Shown here piece by piece: positions 25,301 through 36,627 of a DNA stretch of 64,000 nt. Numbering within the stretch: position 1 is the first letter of the stretch; every line of letters begins with the position of its first letter. This DNA comes from Malacoraja senta (Eukaryota). Location of the stretch: positions 11,410,001 through 11,474,000 of the forward strand of contig CM075991.1 of NCBI GenBank assembly GCA_038087875.1, given 5' to 3'. A model generated the notes under the pieces. That model worked only from the letters and a program-made list of their open reading frames with translations. It was not told where the DNA came from and did no database searches. Both the position numbers and the translations under genes were made by a program.

Positions 25301-28300
25301 AGGGAAAGTACCCGGGGAGGGGGTGGTACGGGAGGGAAGGGAAGAATTGACAAGGGAGTTACGGAGGGAGCGGTCTTTGCGGAAGGCAGACATGGGGGGA
25401 GATGGGAAGATGTGGCGAGTGGTGGGGTCACGTTGGAGGTGACGAAACTGACGGAGGATCATTTGTTGTATGTGACGGCTGGTGGGGTGAAAGGTGAGGA
25501 CTAGGGGGACTCTGCCCTTGTTGTGAGTGGGGGGATGGGGAGAGAGAGCAGTGTTGCGGGGTATGGCAGATACCCTGGTGCGAGCCTCATCTATGGTGGA
25601 GGAGGGGAACCCCCGTTCCCTGGCTAAGTGTCTCTCAGATATCGTAATTGGACCCACGTCTGTCTCCATATTCCAGCTCATTCCACATTCCCAGCGCCCT
25701 TTGCTTGAAAAAGTTGCTATTCAGCTCCCTTTAAAATCTATCAACTTTACACCTATGCCCTCTCGTTTTACACTCCCTTACCCCGAGGAACCTCTGTGAT
25801 TATTTAAATTATCTTAGACCTTCATGTTTTTATATACCTCTATAGCAAGGGTTCCAGCCTGGGGTAATTTTACCCCCAAGGGATAAATTTGTTGATTCTG
25901 GATTTGTACATATTTTTTCTCATTGACTGACTGTGTTTGGTTCTGGTATACTGGTATCTGTTCATCATTAGTTGTTCATAAATAAGTGAAATAACATAGT
26001 TATGTGCTATTAAAGTTGCCGGGGGTAAACGGGACGAGAAAGGTTGGGAACCCCTGGTGAGTCTGTGGCATTCTCTGCCTCAGAGGGCGTGGAGGCAGTT
26101 TCTCTGGATGCTTTCAAGAGAGAGCTAGATACGGCTCTTAAAAATAGCGGAGTCAGGGGATATAGGGAGAAGGCAGGAATGGGGTACTGATTGGGGATGA
26201 TCAGCCATGATCACATTGAATGGCGGTGCTTCCTCGAAGGGCCGAATGGCCTACTCCTGCACCTATTGTCTATTTTATATGGCCACCCCTCAGTTTCCAA
26301 TGCTGCAAGGAAAAAAGACCCAGCCTTTCCAGCCTGACCTTATAACACAAACACCTCCCCACAGTCCCAGTAAGATCCCCGTTAATCTTTTCTGCATACT
26401 GCCCAATTTAATTGCATGCTACCTAGAGCGGGATGGCCCGAGCAGTACACTGCTCCAAATGCAGCATGACGTCCCAACTCCTGTACTCGTGCCCTGACCG
26501 ATGAAGGTCAGCATGCCGAACCCACCTCAACCAACCTGTCTACTTGTGCCGGCATCTTCAGGGAATATGTACGTGCACACCAAGGTCTCTCTCTGTTCTA
26601 CAACATTACCCAGGGCCCTACCATTTACGGTGTAAGTCCTGCCCTGGTTTGTCCTAACAAAATGCAACTCCTTCCAATTGTCTGAATGAAACCCCATCTG
26701 CCATTCCCGTGACATCGGTGCAGCTCTCTCTGCCCCGACACCCAGTTGTTTGTGATGTCCTGCTGTAAGCTATTGATTATCCAGTTTCCCAATGACGTGC
26801 AGTGAGCCACCTCATGCCTCCTTCCTCTTCCTTGTCAGCTCTCCCAGTGCCTCGCTCCAGCAGAGATCCCTGTCTCATGCGGGAAGAGGAAATGTGTCAC
26901 AGTAAAGCCCTGGGCTGGCCACATTCCTTGGGACCATTCTTTGGAAAGTGAACCAAAATGTCACACACGTGACCAGTCCTATTTGACCTCTTACCCTAAA
27001 CAAACATTGTCAGCATAACATGAATATTTATGTATTATTTGAATTCATAAACTTTGAAATAAATATGAATCGTATACACAGTACAAAACAATATACCTGT
27101 AATGCTTTCAGAATTAGAAGAGATTTTTCATCATTTTTGGTCACACACGTGACTACGAATGGGCCTTTAGCAAAAATTTGGAGTTTAACCTCCAAAGGAA
27201 CTTGTTTCCCACTACTAACCTTATAGTTTCAAATTCTGTGTTTCAGTAAAGAATTGTTAAATTCACTGTGGTTGGAACTGGGGATTTTTTAGCACAGGAT
27301 GGTTGATACAGCCTCAGTGGGCCAAAGGGCCCATTTCCAGGTTCCATCTAGGATTTTCTGCTGTCAGCCCTTTGCTGAGCCGATCTGGTGATAACGTTTC
27401 CTGCTCGCTCACACCATAACCCCCGCATCTTCCACTGCTTTTTCACCTGTTGTTCCTTTGAAGGAAACCATGACCCCATTGAAAGAACAAATTGCTCCCA
27501 GCCCAGTGTGTCCACCAACCCAGGTGTAGTCTCTCCCTATTCTTAATTCAGTTCAGTTTAGCTTATTGTCACATGTGCCGAGGTACAGTGAAAAGCTTTT
27601 TGTTGCGTGCTATCCAGTCAGCGGAAAGACAATACATGGTTATATTCGAGCCACTCACAGTGATAAGGGAATAACATTTAGTGCAAGATAAAGCCAGTGA
27701 AGTCCGATTTTAAAAAAAAACTCTGCCGAACCCTGTCTGCATCTCCAGTTTAATGTTCCATTGTTTCTATTTTTCCCCAGGATTATCCCAAACTCAGCCA
27801 GTCATACTATTCCTTATTAGAAGTTCTCACTCAAGACCACATGAATTTTATTGCCAGCCTAGAACCCCACGTTATCATGTACATTCTCTCCTCCATTTCA
27901 GAAGGACTCACAGCACTGGGTAAGTCAGTTTAATGTTATTCATATGGACACTGGTCTAGATTTTTTCTTATGTGTCCCACAAGATGGGAACCGTCTCCAA
28001 ACCATGTGTGTCATAATCCTCAGCCTGCCCACACTATCCTAACCCATTGCTCACTGAGTGGTTGGCTTGGATCAAGCTTGGGAACCTCTATGCCAGCTCT
28101 CGGTCTCCCAATGAGGCCCGTCAGGTTCAACGCACCTCTGGGGCGCTGCCTGACGGTGTGGGCCTGGAGGCAAGAGAAGGTTGCTGTCTTGTGGAGGAAT
28201 AAATGTATTAGTCAAGTCTCAGTAAAAACAATTCTAGATCAATGCATGCTCAGAGAAACATGGTTAAATGAGTAGTACACACAAAATCTGGAGTAACTCA

Positions 28301-31300
28301 GCGGGACAGGCAGCATCTCTGGAGAGAAGTAATGGGGTGATGTTTGGGGTCGAGACCTTTCTTCGGGTTAAATTAGTAAACTGATAACAGCCAGTTAATC
28401 TGTTTCAGTGGTTTTGGCTGAGGATAAATATTAACCAGGACATAGGCAAAATCTTGCTGTAGTGTCAAGTAGATCTTAATGCCTGTCTGAGAAAGCTGAG
28501 TGGACCTTGGATTGCTGTCCCCCCGCACTCTGCAGGCTGGCATTGCCAGTGCATTACTGCCTCAGTAAAGCACTGTGAATTCTGACCTGAACCACGTCTC
28601 CAGCTTCGAGCAGTCCTTGGTCATTGCGGCTGTAAGGCAGGCACGCAGTACACTGAACTACAGACGCTGGGACATGGGTGCAGAGCAACAAAGAGGGGAG
28701 AATCGGAGAAAGAAGCAAGCACCTAAAGTCTGTTGGGGGTAACGCAGCGGGTCAGGCTGCATCTCTCAGACTCAGGTCTGAAGAAAGGTCCTAGGGTAGA
28801 AGGTACAGGAGCCTGAAATCTGCAACATCCAGCTTCAGGAACAGCTCCTTCAACACAGCCATCAGACTATTAAACACAACTTCAAACAAACTATGATCTA
28901 TAACAACCTATTACACTTTACCTGTTCACTGATGTGTGTATATATATATTCAATTCAATTCAATTCAATTTATTTGTCTTTTGGACAAATTTGTCATTTG
29001 GACCCCTTGAGGTCCAAACGAAATGTCGTTTCTGCAGCCATACAATACAAAACGAAGAAGACCCGAGACACAATACAATTTACACATACATCCATCACAA
29101 CGCTGTGATGGAAGGCAAAAAAAAACAACGTATCTCTCCACTGCACTCCCCCCCCCCCCCCGATGTCAGAGTCAAAGTCAAAGCCCCCGGCGGGCGATGG
29201 TGATTATCCCACGGCCATTAAAGCCACGCCGGGTGATGCAAGGTCGCGCACCGGGTCTTGGTGTTAGAGCCCCGGCGCGCGCCCGCAAAGTTCGGCGGCC
29301 ATTCCAAGCCGCGCGGGGGGATAAAGCCCCGCTCCAGGTGCTCTTCAACCCCGCAACTCGGGCGGGAGAAGTCGCCGCTGCGGAAGCCCCGAAAAGCGGT
29401 CTCCCACCAGGGACCCGCGGGCTTCAAGTGTTGCCGTCCGCCAGACCCGCGGTTGTAGCCTCCGAATCTCCGGGGGTCGGGTCGCAGCAGCGCTCCACCA
29501 CAGCTCCACCCGCTCCGGACTCGGCCAGCCCCGCGACGGTGAGTAGTCCGCAGCTCCGCAACTGGAGCCCCAGGTCGTTCCTGCTGGAGGCCGCTCCACG
29601 TTGCCCAGCCCCAACGACAACGGAGACCCGACAAAGAAAAGGTCGGGTCTCCCGTGCAGGGGAAAGATTTCAAAGTTTCTCCCCCCCCCACCCCCCCACA
29701 CACATACCCCGACAAAAAACAAAAAAACAAAACCTACATAAAAACGAGACAAAAATAATAAAAAGACAGACGGACTGCAGAGGCCGCTGCAAACGAAAGT
29801 CACGCCGCCCGCCCACCAACTCTATGTTCTATGGTATATGGACACACTGACCTGATCTGTATTTATGACCACAATATCCTGTTGTGGTCATAAATAAAAA
29901 AGCAAGAATTTCATTGTCTTATCTGGGACACATGGCAATAAACTCTCTTGACTTGACTTGACTTAACCCAGAACGTTGCCCATCCATGTCCTCCAGAGAT
30001 GTTGCCTGACCTGCTGAATTACTCCAGCACTTTGTGTTCTGTGCAGAGTCCAGCATCTGTAGTTCCTTGTGTGTCTGAAGTGTTGTTGTTCTGTCAGACA
30101 CGATGGTTTGCACGGGTTGTTGCTCGAGCCTGGACCACATAGTAACTTACCTCTTCAAGCAACTGTCTCGTAGCACAAAGAAGCGGAGCACACCGATATC
30201 GCAGGAGAGCGACCGCTTCCTGCAAATCATGCAGCAGCACCCGGAAATGATACAACAGGTATGCACGCGCAGCCTCTCAATGACGCATCTGGAGTACTGT
30301 GAACAAATTTAGGCCCCATATCTGAGGAAGGATGTGCTGGCTCTGGAGAGGGTCCAGAGGAGGTTTACAAGAATGATTCCAGGAATGAGTGGGTTAGCAT
30401 ATGATGAGCGTTTGACAGCACTGGGCCTGTACTCGCTGGAGTTTAGAAGATTGAGGGGGGACCTCATTGAAACTTACAGGATAATGAAAGGCATAGATAG
30501 AGTGGATGTGTAAAGGATGTCTCCATTGGTGGGAGAGTCCAGGACCAGAGGTCATAGCCTCAGAATTAAAGGGCGCTCTTTCAGAAAGGAGGTGAGGAGG
30601 AACATCTTTAGTCAGAGGGTAGTTAATCTGTGGAACTCATTGCCACAGAGAGCTGTGGAGGCCAAGTCAGTGGATAATTTTAAGGCAGGGATAGACAAAT
30701 TCTTGATTAGAATGGGTGTCAAGGGTTTGAGGAGAAGGCAGGAAAATGGGATTAGGAAGCAGAGATCAGCCACGATCACTCCTATAACTTGTGAACTTGA
30801 GAATGTCAGCTCCACTGCAATCCTGCAGCAGTGGAGGCTTCACCTGTGGCTTGTGGCTCAGAGGAAAGCAGCCAACTTCCGACACTCCACTTTCATTGCC
30901 TGTTATAATGCCAACACTGTTATTAAAAATCTTTGCGGCTGCATACTCTATTCCTTGTACCTGTTTGCACTCACAGGTGTGTGAGTGAAAGGGCCATTGC
31001 AACTGTAATCAAGAATCTATCTATTTCTGCCTTAAAAATATCCATTGACTTGGCCTCCACAGCCTTCTGTGGCAAAGAATTCCAGATTCACCACCCTCTG
31101 GCTGAAGAATTCCTCCTCATCTCCTTCCTAAAGGAACGTCCTTTTATTCGGAGGCTATGACCTCTGGTCCTAAACTCTCCCAATAGTGGAAACATCCTCC
31201 CCCACATCCACTCTATCCAAGCCTTTCACTATTCGGTAGGTTTCATCGAGGGTCCCACCTCATCCTTCTAATCTCCAGCGAGTATTGGCCCAGCGCTCAT

Positions 31301-34300
31301 CACATGTTAACCCACTCATTCCTGGTTATCAGTCTCGTAAACCTCCTCTGGACCCTCTCCAGCGCCGAGCACACCCTTCCTCAGATATGGGGCCAGTTTC
31401 TATGCTGTATAACTCAGTGACTTTATGAATGGGAATAAGTTGTAGATTCTGTGGAAGTGCAGCCAGAGACATTCTGGGCCACATGGTCACACCTTGTGGC
31501 CCATTGTTTCTGGTTCTAATATTGTGCATGATGATATGTGGACCAAAGGGCCGGAGCAGGGAGCAGTGTAAAGGTTGCTGCTCCTGATATAGTAAGAGGT
31601 TTATAACGCTAGTCCCCAGAGCACGCTGTTAAGGGCCTGTCCCACTGTACGATGTAATTCAAGAGCTCTCCCGAGTTTAAACAAAAATCAAACTCGTGGT
31701 AAGCACGTAGAATGTACATAGCGGCTACGTCGGAACTCGGGACGTATCTTAGCGGCTCGTAACGCTAACGGCAGGTACTCGGGGAAACGCTGTAAGCACG
31801 TGAAGACTCGTGAAGACTTTTCAACGTTGAAAAATGTCCACGAGAGCCCCGAGTACCCACGAGCGGATATTACCGTAATTCTCCGAGTTCGAATCAGGGG
31901 AAACTCGGGAGAACTCTTGAATTAGCACGTACAGTGGGACAGCCCCATTAGTTTCACCGCTCTTGTTGAAATATTTTCAATCACCTTATTTGTGTGTGTA
32001 ATCTATCATTTCAAAATTCCCAGTTGATACTTAGTCAAACTGTATTTTTAACGTTTTGGAGATATGTTTGAATTTTTTCTTTTCTCAACAATCTGCCCTG
32101 GAACAGATGTTGTCCACAGTTCTCAACATCATCATTTTTGAAGACTGCAGGAATCAGTGGTCCATGTCACGCCCTCTGCTTGGATTAATTCTCTTGAATG
32201 AAAAGGTGAGGTCCAAGGTGTGTAAGGTCTGAGTTGGGCAGCCCCAGTTCATTGCTCATTGGATGGGTGATGCGACCGTTCCAATGTGTGGATGGGTGGT
32301 GGGGCTCATGGATATATGATGGGACCTTCCCAGTGTGTTCATGCTCACAGTTCACAAGTCATAGGAGTAGAATTAGGCCATTCGGCCCATCAAGTCTACT
32401 CCACCATTCAGTCATGGTTGATCTATCTCCCCTCACTTATCCCATTCTCCTGCCTTCTCCCCATAACCCCTGACACATGTACTAATCAAGAATCTATCTA
32501 TTTCTGCCTTAAAAATGTCCATTGACTTGGCCTCCACAGTCTTCTGTGGCAATTAATTCCACAGATTCAACACCTTCTGACTAAAGATGGGTGTGTGGAT
32601 GGGTGACGGGCTCATGGATAGGTGATGGGACTGTCCCGGTGTGTTGATGGGTGGTGGGGTTCATGGATAGGTGCTGGCTGTGCGTCACTCTGCAAACTTT
32701 GTAACAAAGGCATTAGTGCAGAGCTTTTCATACCATAAGAACATCTCAAATCTCTGTCAAAAAGTCCAGTCGAACACACACAATTTGTGCATGACAGAAA
32801 TAAACAAATTGGTCATTGAATTGTACAGCAGACACAGGCCATTCGGCCCACCACATCAATGCTATAATGCCTAATTATCTGTACTAATCGCACTGGCTTG
32901 TAAGAATTCCATATCCCTCTGTAACTTGTCATTCAAGTACCTGTCCAGAAGCCTCTTTGGTCGTCACTGCTCTTGCCTCGTCTGGCAGCTCAACCAGATA
33001 CCAACTACTCTGTGCGTGGAAAAATTATCCTGACAGACCTCCTTCCTCTCAACGTCAACCTATGCCTTCTAGTTTTAGACACCACTACCACGGGGAACAG
33101 ATTCTGGCTATCTATGTCCCTCGTAATTTTATGCACCTCTCTGTGATCCGTCCGTCTACTTCACTCCAGAGAAACCAGACCCAGCCTATCTCTCCGTTTA
33201 ACTCAAGCCCTCCAATCCAGGCAACATCCTTATTGGCCTGTCCCACTTAGACGACTCTTTAGGCGACTGCCAGGGACTAGTTTTAGTGGAATTCACCTAC
33301 GACACCTGGCGACAACATCTACGACAGCAAATACGTCAACCTACGTCAACCTACGACAGCAAAAATTGTCTCCACTGTCGCCCAAAAAATTTCAACATGT
33401 TGAAAATTTTGCGGCAGTCGCCTGTAGCCCAAAAAGTCGGCCAAAAGTTATGAATCCTTTCTGCAGCCTCTCGGGCTACATTGAAAGACCATATTGTTTG
33501 CATGAGTATTGTCGGAGTTGAAATTGCTGAGAATCAGTTTGTAGACAGTATTTTAGGCGCAAGTCAATTAGGCTGCGACTCACGGCAGGGCAGTGGTACG
33601 CGGTGCTTCACCCCTGCTTGTTGCTCCCCAACACATTTACCTATACACAAGTCGCTCCTGACCAGAGAAGTCCTTTAAAGCACGGCTTCTTCCTTCCTAC
33701 CAAGTGCTGTACCCACCACCAGACAGCTAGCAAAATTGCAGCCTTAAATTATCGGCTTGCAAAGGACTTTAAATATTTGCCATTTATAAATACCAAAAAA
33801 TTAATCAGACTTTAAACAAAAGAATTCAGACAGTTAAACACCTGAGAACACAAAACTACTGACGATTAATCTTATAAACTAAATCAGCAGAAATTTACCT
33901 TTTTAACTTATTTTCCATTGAAGCAGTGCTTGGTATGCAGATTCAGAGGGACTGATTGTACAACAGTAACTGCTGGGAAACAGCAGGATTCAACAGTTGA
34001 ACCCTGTGAGGGGTCCAGTGTCAGAAACAGATAGAATTACAGCAGCATGGATCTTTGTGGGACGGACGCACGCAATCACAAGTGGTCCTCGTGGTGTCAA
34101 GGCTCAACCCGACCTTTCCTGCAAAAATGGAGCAAACTTGTGGGTGAGGGCAGCACTCGTCTCTTCCTCTGGGGCAGTATTTCCTTTAGACAATAGACAA
34201 TAGGTGCAGGAGTAGGCCATTCGGCCCTTTGAGCCAGCACCGCCATTCAATGCTGATCATCCCCAATCAGTACCCTGTTCCTGCCTTTTCCCCATATCCC

Positions 34301-35184
34301 GACTCTGCTATCTTTAAGAGCCCTATCCAGCTCTCTCTTGAAAGTATCCAGAGAACCGTTAGGTGGGTGTCTCTCCAAACAGATATGCTGTGTCCAGCTC
34401 TCTCTCTGTTTCTTTCCCACAGTATTTTGCAGATCTGAGGAACAGCATAGTGAACAGCCAACCACCAGAGAAGCAGCAAGCCATGCACCTCTGCTTTGAA
34501 AACTTGATGGAAGGGATTGAACGGAACCTATTGACAAAGAACAGAGACCGGTAAGCAGTCGGTGTTCAGACTGCCGCCTGCTTGGTGCTTTAAGGGTGGG
34601 CATTGTACGGGAGTTGTGGGGGGAGCCGGTGGCTGGAGGGAACTGTGTCAGAAGCGGAGCTTCGCCAACTGCGAAGTATAACGACTGCAAGGACAAACGT
34701 CCCTGCAGTAATTTGATTCTTGGTCTATGTAGGGTTTAGTTGAGTCACACCGTGGAAACGCCCTTTGGCACCGACCTGCAATCCCCGCACATTAACACTA
34801 TCACACACACACACACACACTAGGGACAATTTACATTTATATCAAGCCAATCAACCTACAAACCTGTACGTCTTTGGAGTGTGGGAGGAAACCGAAGGTC
34901 TCGGAGAAAACCCACGTGAACGTACAAACTCCGTAGACAGCGCCCGTAGTCAGGATCGAACGCGGGTCTCTGGCGCTGTGAGGCAGCAACTCTACCGCTG
35001 CGCCACCGTGCCGCCCTAGGGTGCTTCAAGCGGACAGAAGCAAGGTTGGTATCACAGACAAATGAACGTGCCGCTGTTATTGCTCCTCAGGTTCACACAG
35101 AATCTCTCGGTGTTCCGAAGGGAAGTGAACGACTCGATGAAGAATTCAACATACGGTGTCAACAGCAACGACATGATGAGCTGA
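1183..35184 (+). CDS. XPO7: Exportin-7, 3' part of gene (19 coding exons; 5' exons lie upstream of the window)
   Basis: Spliced translation runs from [39 protein letters not shown] to [30 protein letters not shown], nearly identical to recalled vertebrate XPO7. The C-terminus fits XPO7 rather than RANBP17. Exon phases are consistent apart from two homopolymer indels. Confidence 0.97.
1999..2171 (+). CDS. XPO7: XPO7 exon ([13 protein letters not shown]...HIILR)
   Basis: ttctatag| acceptor, ag|gtactg donor, 173 bp. Confidence 0.95.
2362..2555 (+). CDS. XPO7: XPO7 exon (DGLEDPLDD...IAVQE)
   Basis: ctccacag| acceptor, g|gtaagg donor, 194 bp. Confidence 0.95.
2595..3122 (-). mobile_element. CR1/HER1-like LINE 3' fragment
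   Basis: ORF 2745-3161(-) has [12 protein letters not shown]...RTRGHSLRI...WNSLP. Confidence 0.88.
4068..4173 (+). CDS. XPO7: XPO7 exon ([17 protein letters not shown]...ELVCR)
   Basis: ctcccag| acceptor, cg|gtgagt donor, 106 bp. Confidence 0.95.
5260..5395 (+). CDS. XPO7: XPO7 exon ([11 protein letters not shown]...QKSSK)
   Basis: ctttgcag| acceptor, aag|gtaaaa donor, 136 bp. Confidence 0.95.
6786..6859 (+). CDS. XPO7: XPO7 exon ([25 protein letters not shown])
   Basis: ctgtacag| acceptor, at|gtgagt donor, 74 bp. Confidence 0.95.
7466..7780. mobile_element. PIF/Harbinger-like MITE, family A
   Basis: TIRs TGGCCCTGTCCCAC / GTGGGACAGGGCCA, TTA on both sides. Confidence 0.85.
8182..8262 (+). 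CDS. XPO7: XPO7 exon ([27 protein letters not shown]), followed by a U12 AT-AC intron
   Basis: caaatag| acceptor; donor gg|ATATCCTTT. Confidence 0.93.
8263..10356 (+). other. U12-type (minor spliceosome) AT-AC intron of XPO7
   Basis: 5' ATATCCTTT; branch-site-like CCTTGAC at 10339-10345; ends ...atctAC; joining the exons restores SIG-YSSVRK in frame. Confidence 0.92.
10357..10420 (+). CDS. XPO7: XPO7 exon ([21 protein letters not shown])
   Basis: AC acceptor, aca|gtaagt donor, 64 bp. Confidence 0.93.
10677..10785 (+). CDS. XPO7: XPO7 exon ([12 protein letters not shown]...LMVDL)
   Basis: ttggcag| acceptor, g|gtatgt donor, 109 bp. Confidence 0.95.
10940..11385 (-). mobile_element. Rex1/Babar-like LINE 3' fragment
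   Basis: Minus frame reads CWG...[14 protein letters not shown]...HPLH...[18 protein letters not shown]; (TATC)n tail. Confidence 0.75.
12031..12237. mobile_element. hAT-like MITE (second copy at 25846-26056)
   Basis: TIR CA...GTTCCCAACCT / AGGTTGGGAACCCCTG; 8-bp flanks CCCTAAAG / CCCGAAAG. Confidence 0.75.
13962..14068 (+). CDS. XPO7: XPO7 exon ([15 protein letters not shown]...EQDAK)
   Basis: ttccacag| acceptor, aag|gtacgt donor, 107 bp. Confidence 0.95.
14446..14791. mobile_element. PIF/Harbinger-like MITE, family A variant
   Basis: TIRs AGGGCCTGTCCCAC / GTGGGACAGGCCCT, TTA on both sides. Confidence 0.85.
15778..15865 (+). CDS. XPO7: XPO7 exon ([30 protein letters not shown]) with apparent 1-bp deletion; followed by a U12 GT-AG intron
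   Basis: tccacag| acceptor; donor at|GTATCCTTT; 88 bp where 89 are needed for the frame. Confidence 0.9.
15866..20539 (+). other. U12-type GT-AG intron of XPO7
   Basis: 5' GTATCCTTT; branch-site-like TTTCCTTAGC at 20517-20526, 13 nt before the intron end (cccacag). Confidence 0.88.
19147..20184. mobile_element. ~1.04-kb non-autonomous DNA transposon nested in a HE1-like SINE
   Basis: 14-bp imperfect TIRs TAGCAATGTTACAA / TTGTAACATACCTA; direct repeat GACTATG on both sides; the SINE resumes after the insert. Confidence 0.8.
20540..20647 (+). CDS. XPO7: XPO7 exon ([36 protein letters not shown])
   Basis: cccacag| acceptor, ag|gtgagg donor, 108 bp. Confidence 0.95.
20798..21023. mobile_element. 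PIF/Harbinger-like MITE, family B
   Basis: Same TIR type, different interior; TTA/TAA flanks. Confidence 0.8.
21551..22300 (+). mobile_element. CR1-clade (HER1-like) LINE 3' fragment
   Basis: ORF 21573-22037 has DLGV..., [15 protein letters not shown] and [16 protein letters not shown]; the 3' end is gggccgaatggcctactcctgcacctattttc with a (TATGTTTC) tail. Confidence 0.92.
23244..23326 (+). CDS. XPO7: XPO7 exon ([27 protein letters not shown])
   Basis: tgtgcag| acceptor, g|gtgagt donor, 83 bp. Confidence 0.95.
24067..24282 (+). CDS. XPO7: XPO7 exon ([16 protein letters not shown]...IPHSDLL) with apparent 1-bp insertion
   Basis: gaacag| acceptor, ctg|gtgagt donor; 216 bp where 215 are needed; extra C in gcccctc at 24217-24220. 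Confidence 0.92.
24660..25622 (-). mobile_element. Penelope-like retroelement 3' fragment (GIY-YIG endonuclease region plus terminal repeat)
   Basis: Minus-strand frame reads ...[11 protein letters not shown]...[35 protein letters not shown], a CxxxxCxxC linker plus LIY/YIG; it is followed by the repeat that carries the CTGAAGA...GAAA motif. Confidence 0.85.
27781..27919 (+). CDS. XPO7: XPO7 exon ([16 protein letters not shown]...EGLTAL)
   Basis: ttccccag| acceptor, g|gtaagt donor, 139 bp. Confidence 0.95.
28957..29817 (-). mobile_element. GC-rich non-autonomous retroposon-like insert with (TTGAA)n tail
   Basis: Minus strand ends caaataaattgaattgaattgaattgaat; sharp compositional boundaries; nested in a LINE 3' remnant. 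Confidence 0.6.
30098..30258 (+). CDS. XPO7: XPO7 exon ([16 protein letters not shown]...PEMIQQ)
   Basis: ctgtcag| acceptor, cag|gtatgc donor, 161 bp. Confidence 0.95.
30286..30776 (+). mobile_element. CR1/HER1-like LINE fragment
   Basis: HLEYC..., [12 protein letters not shown]...VVNLWNSLP motifs. Confidence 0.85.
31632..31947. mobile_element. PIF/Harbinger-like MITE, family A
   Basis: TIRs present, TTA on both sides. Confidence 0.85.
32107..32205 (+). CDS. XPO7: XPO7 exon ([33 protein letters not shown])
   Basis: gaacag| acceptor, aag|gtgagg donor, 99 bp. Confidence 0.95.
34423..34550 (+). CDS. XPO7: XPO7 exon ([19 protein letters not shown]...KNRDR)
   Basis: cccacag| acceptor, cg|gtaagc donor, 128 bp. 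Confidence 0.95.
35091..35184 (+). CDS. XPO7: XPO7 last coding exon ([30 protein letters not shown])
   Basis: ctcctcag| acceptor, TGA at 35182-35184. Confidence 0.95.
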
Positions 35185-35867
35185 CGTCCGTCCTGCTTGG
35201 CAACTCTCCGCTGGGCTGCGTTTCCAATCCAGTTGCAAGAGGTCGAAGGGAGCGGTGGGGTGGGATGGGGGGCGGCAGGGAGGGAGGCGATGGTGGGTTT
35301 TAGAAGGTGGTCAGAGATAGCTGAAGGCGAATCCCTGCACCTTCTCCTGGGGTTGAAGAGACCCTCATCCGGCCCTCCGACTATGGGACTGATCGCAAAC
35401 GCCCTCCCTATGGTATCCTGGCAGGGAGGGTCTTTGTGCTCATCCCACATCTGCCTTGTATAAACTTGTACATTTTTTTTCTTAAGACATTTTCAACTGT
35501 TTATATGAAATCAGTTAAAAAAACAGAAAAGTTGTGATTGAAATTTTTAGAGTTGGAAGCATGATGATGTGAGACTCAGATGAGTGAAGTACATGGGGCA
35601 GAATGTGTGGGTGTCCAGTTAGATACAGAAGTCTGTATAATCGAACACCAGATGTAAAAGTTCATAACTCAGTACCCATCTAAAACAGTGCACACTAACC
35701 TGATGTTAGTCATTCCCCACTTCAATTGCGATTTCTGCTTGAGGTACAGAGTATTCCAACAGTGATAATGGAATAGTTCCAGGAGGTGACAGGTGTTGCT
35801 GCTAGTGATGTGTTGAGCACAGCTCATTTATATCCACATAGCAAAAGAAAACAATGGATTATATATT

Positions 35868-35873
35868 TTTATT
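35868..35873 (-). terminator. Candidate PBDC1 polyadenylation signal (AATAAA on - strand)
   Basis: tttatt on + strand; first canonical minus-strand AATAAA I see downstream of the PBDC1 stop. Confidence 0.4.
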
Positions 35874-35986
35874 GTTCCTTACAACTGAATGTTCTGACTA
35901 AACACGTTTCCAAATCGCTGCGTGATCAGGTAGCTGGTTGGTATGTAAGAATGTTTGCTGCATCTAGTGTAAGCATTGTGGCTGCA

Positions 35987-35992
35987 AATAAA
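35987..35992 (+). terminator. Candidate XPO7 polyadenylation signal AATAAA
   Basis: First canonical AATAAA I see downstream of the XPO7 stop, followed by GT-rich ggtttgt. Confidence 0.6.
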
Positions 35993-36627
35993 ACTTCAAT
36001 GGTTTGTACTGAAAGCTCAGTGTCTGCATCCTGAGAGTCAGCTGACGGGCGGACTGGAGGGGAGCAGGTAGGTCTCTGCACCGGCCCCTCGCTCTCCCAC
36101 GCTAATGTTGGACCACTTCTTCAGGCGGATGCGTCTTAAGAGCGGAGACACAAAAGACTGCTCAAGATTCCAGCATCTGCAAAATACCAGAGGAGCTCAG
36201 CAGATCAGGCATAATCTGTGGCGGGAATGGATGGATTCTGTGGCGGGAATGGATGGATGACGTTTGGGGGTCAGGACTGATGGTAGGTCCTGACCCGAAA
36301 TGCCTCCTGTGCACTCCCTCACAGATTTTGCCTGGTCTGCAGAGTTCCTCCAGAACTTTGCTTTTTGTTACATCTTAAGTGGACTACTCTTCCGCTGAGC
36401 TATTCCCCCACCCCCCCCCCCCCCCCCGAGTCCTTGTTTTAAAAGAATCTATCACTTGACCACACAGCTGTACTGTTTCAATCCTCAAGAACATTCTTGA
36501 TTCCTGTTGCCTGAATGATACAAGTTTCTCGAGTCCAGGTTCTGCGGTGGGCTGTGATGCTGCATTGGCCGCTAGATCTGCCTGTGCACGTAGGGATTTC
36601 TCCTGGGCCTCGACAAACCAGCGCTGG

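Noticed and set aside
29023..29850. 275-aa ORF
   Set aside because: It lies in a GC-rich repeat with open frames on both strands and no recognisable protein.
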